64,000 nucleotides of DNA from Candidatus Micrarchaeota archaeon (lineage in GTDB: Archaea > Micrarchaeota > Micrarchaeia > Micrarchaeales > CABMGC01). The stretch covers positions 5,111 through 69,110 of the forward strand of contig JAJZMZ010000004.1 of NCBI GenBank assembly GCA_021848095.1, in the 5' to 3' direction. The position numbers and the translations under genes are program-made. The notes under the pieces were generated by a model. It was not told where the DNA came from, did not search any database, and saw only the letters and a list, made by a program, of their open reading frames with translations. Shown here one piece after another: positions 63,306 to 64,000 of this stretch (the stretch's first letter is position 1; the number at the start of each line of letters is the position of its first letter).

Positions 63306-64000
63306 ATGTTTAAATTTGCACAATGTGTTGATTACTTGAAAAAACATTTATATTTAATAGGTATAGACTCTGCCCCATTATGGTTAATAAAAGAGCTAAC
63401 TGAAAAAGGATCACTTAAGGGATTTCAAAAAATATTAAATTACGGTTCTTTAATAGAGATGGACACAACAATGCCGCCTATGACAGGTGCAGCATGGCCA
63501 ACTATTTATACAGGTAAAAATCCTTCAGTTCATGGGGTTCCTGACTTCTTCGAGATGAAAAGTGATTATACTCCAGATTTAGCCTTTTACAATGCTGAAA
63601 AAACTCCTCCATTTTGGAAAGAGCTTTGTAACAAAGGGCTAAACTCTCTTGTAATAACACCAGCAATGGATACTAATGTTCCAAGTTATAAAAATTTAGA
63701 TTTCATAAGTGGTTTTCCATTAAAAGCAAAACCAAACTCTGAGTTCATTGAGCTTCTTATGAAAAAAGAAAACTTCACTGGAGAACCAGATATAGAAAAG
63801 GACATGAAAGCAGGAAAGATGACTGAAAAGGAAGCTGTAACTCATTTTGTAAAAAGTATAGTTTCAAGGTCAAAGATAGCAAAAGAAGCTATGGAAAAAA
63901 AGAAGTACAACTTTGTTTATGTTTGTTTTACTGAAACAGATAGATTACAACACTTTGTATTAAATATGAAAGATTATTCTGAGTATTTATTACCAATATA
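63306..64000 (+). CDS. Alkaline-phosphatase-superfamily enzyme (type I phosphodiesterase/nucleotide pyrophosphatase-like), N-terminal fragment; runs off the window end
   Basis: My own translation from the ATG at 63306 gives MFKFAQCVDYLKKHLYLIGIDSAPLWLIKELTEKGSLKGFQKILNYGSLIEMDTTMPPMTGAAWPTIYTGKNPSVHGVPDFF... The GIDS...P-x-x-T-x-x-x-W-x-x-x-x-TG-x-x-P-x-x-HG pattern is typical of this family. It is not in the ORF track because it is truncated. Confidence 0.65.
   Translation, partial: MFKFAQCVDYLKKHLYLIGIDSAPLWLIKELTEKGSLKGFQKILNYGSLIEMDTTMPPMTGAAWPTIYTGKNPSVHGVPDFFEMKSDYTPDLAFYNAEKTPPFWKELCNKGLNSLVITPAMDTNVPSYKNLDFISGFPLKAKPNSEFIELLMKKENFTGEPDIEKDMKAGKMTEKEAVTHFVKSIVSRSKIAKEAMEKKKYNFVYVCFTETDRLQHFVLNMKDYSEYLLPI

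Overview
This is an AT-rich, very gene-dense archaeal chromosomal segment. I call 68 protein-coding genes and 3 tRNAs, and I see no rRNA, CRISPR array, transposase or integrase. Archaeal origin follows directly from the gene content: eL15, aSUI1, PriS, Pth2, fibrillarin, RtcB, archaeal-type TyrRS, class III (prepilin-type) signal peptides, and intron-interrupted tRNAs. A small-genome DPANN-like lineage is my inference only, based on compactness, tight convergent overlaps, non-canonical tRNA introns and fragmented ribosomal operons.

Layout:
- 1-3.9 kb: GT2 fragment, tRNA-Ser, tyrS, ftsZ.
- 4-13.3 kb: a surface-structure region. It holds a pilin-propeller fusion and a co-directional six-gene cluster of secreted/membrane proteins with an embedded MinD/ParA ATPase.
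- 13.3-20 kb: orphan PAS histidine kinase, fibrillarin, RtcB, tRNA-Leu, C39-like peptidase.
- 20.5-36.9 kb: a ~16 kb glycosylation island. It contains about 10 glycosyltransferases, an SDR epimerase, an FkbM methyltransferase, Glf, an AglB/STT3-like GT-C enzyme and an EF-Tu-like pseudo-GTPase.
- 36.9-40.6 kb: operon of a PKD-repeat protein, a LamG pilin and a small pilin.
- 40.6-44.8 kb: apt, then a polyprenol module (uppS plus a dolichol-kinase-like gene).
- 44.8-47.1 kb: S13-S4-S11-DUF192 and a doubly interrupted tRNA-Ser.
- 47.3-54.7 kb: lysS (class II), two large surface proteins, pth2.
- 54.8-62.3 kb: priS and the eL15-Pcc1-like-L3-L4-L23-L2-S19-L22-S3-L29-SUI1 operon.
- 62.3-64 kb: ASCH-like gene, nth, and an AP-superfamily fragment.

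The most interesting candidate is the 5.5-13.3 kb cluster. A 181-aa secreted subunit-sized protein and the C-terminus of an 801-aa modular adhesin share a Cys-bracketed domain ending in QTITIENSC. Ig-like membrane proteins and a translationally coupled MinD-like ATPase with a C-terminal amphipathic helix sit alongside them. No canonical type IV pilus machinery is present in the window.
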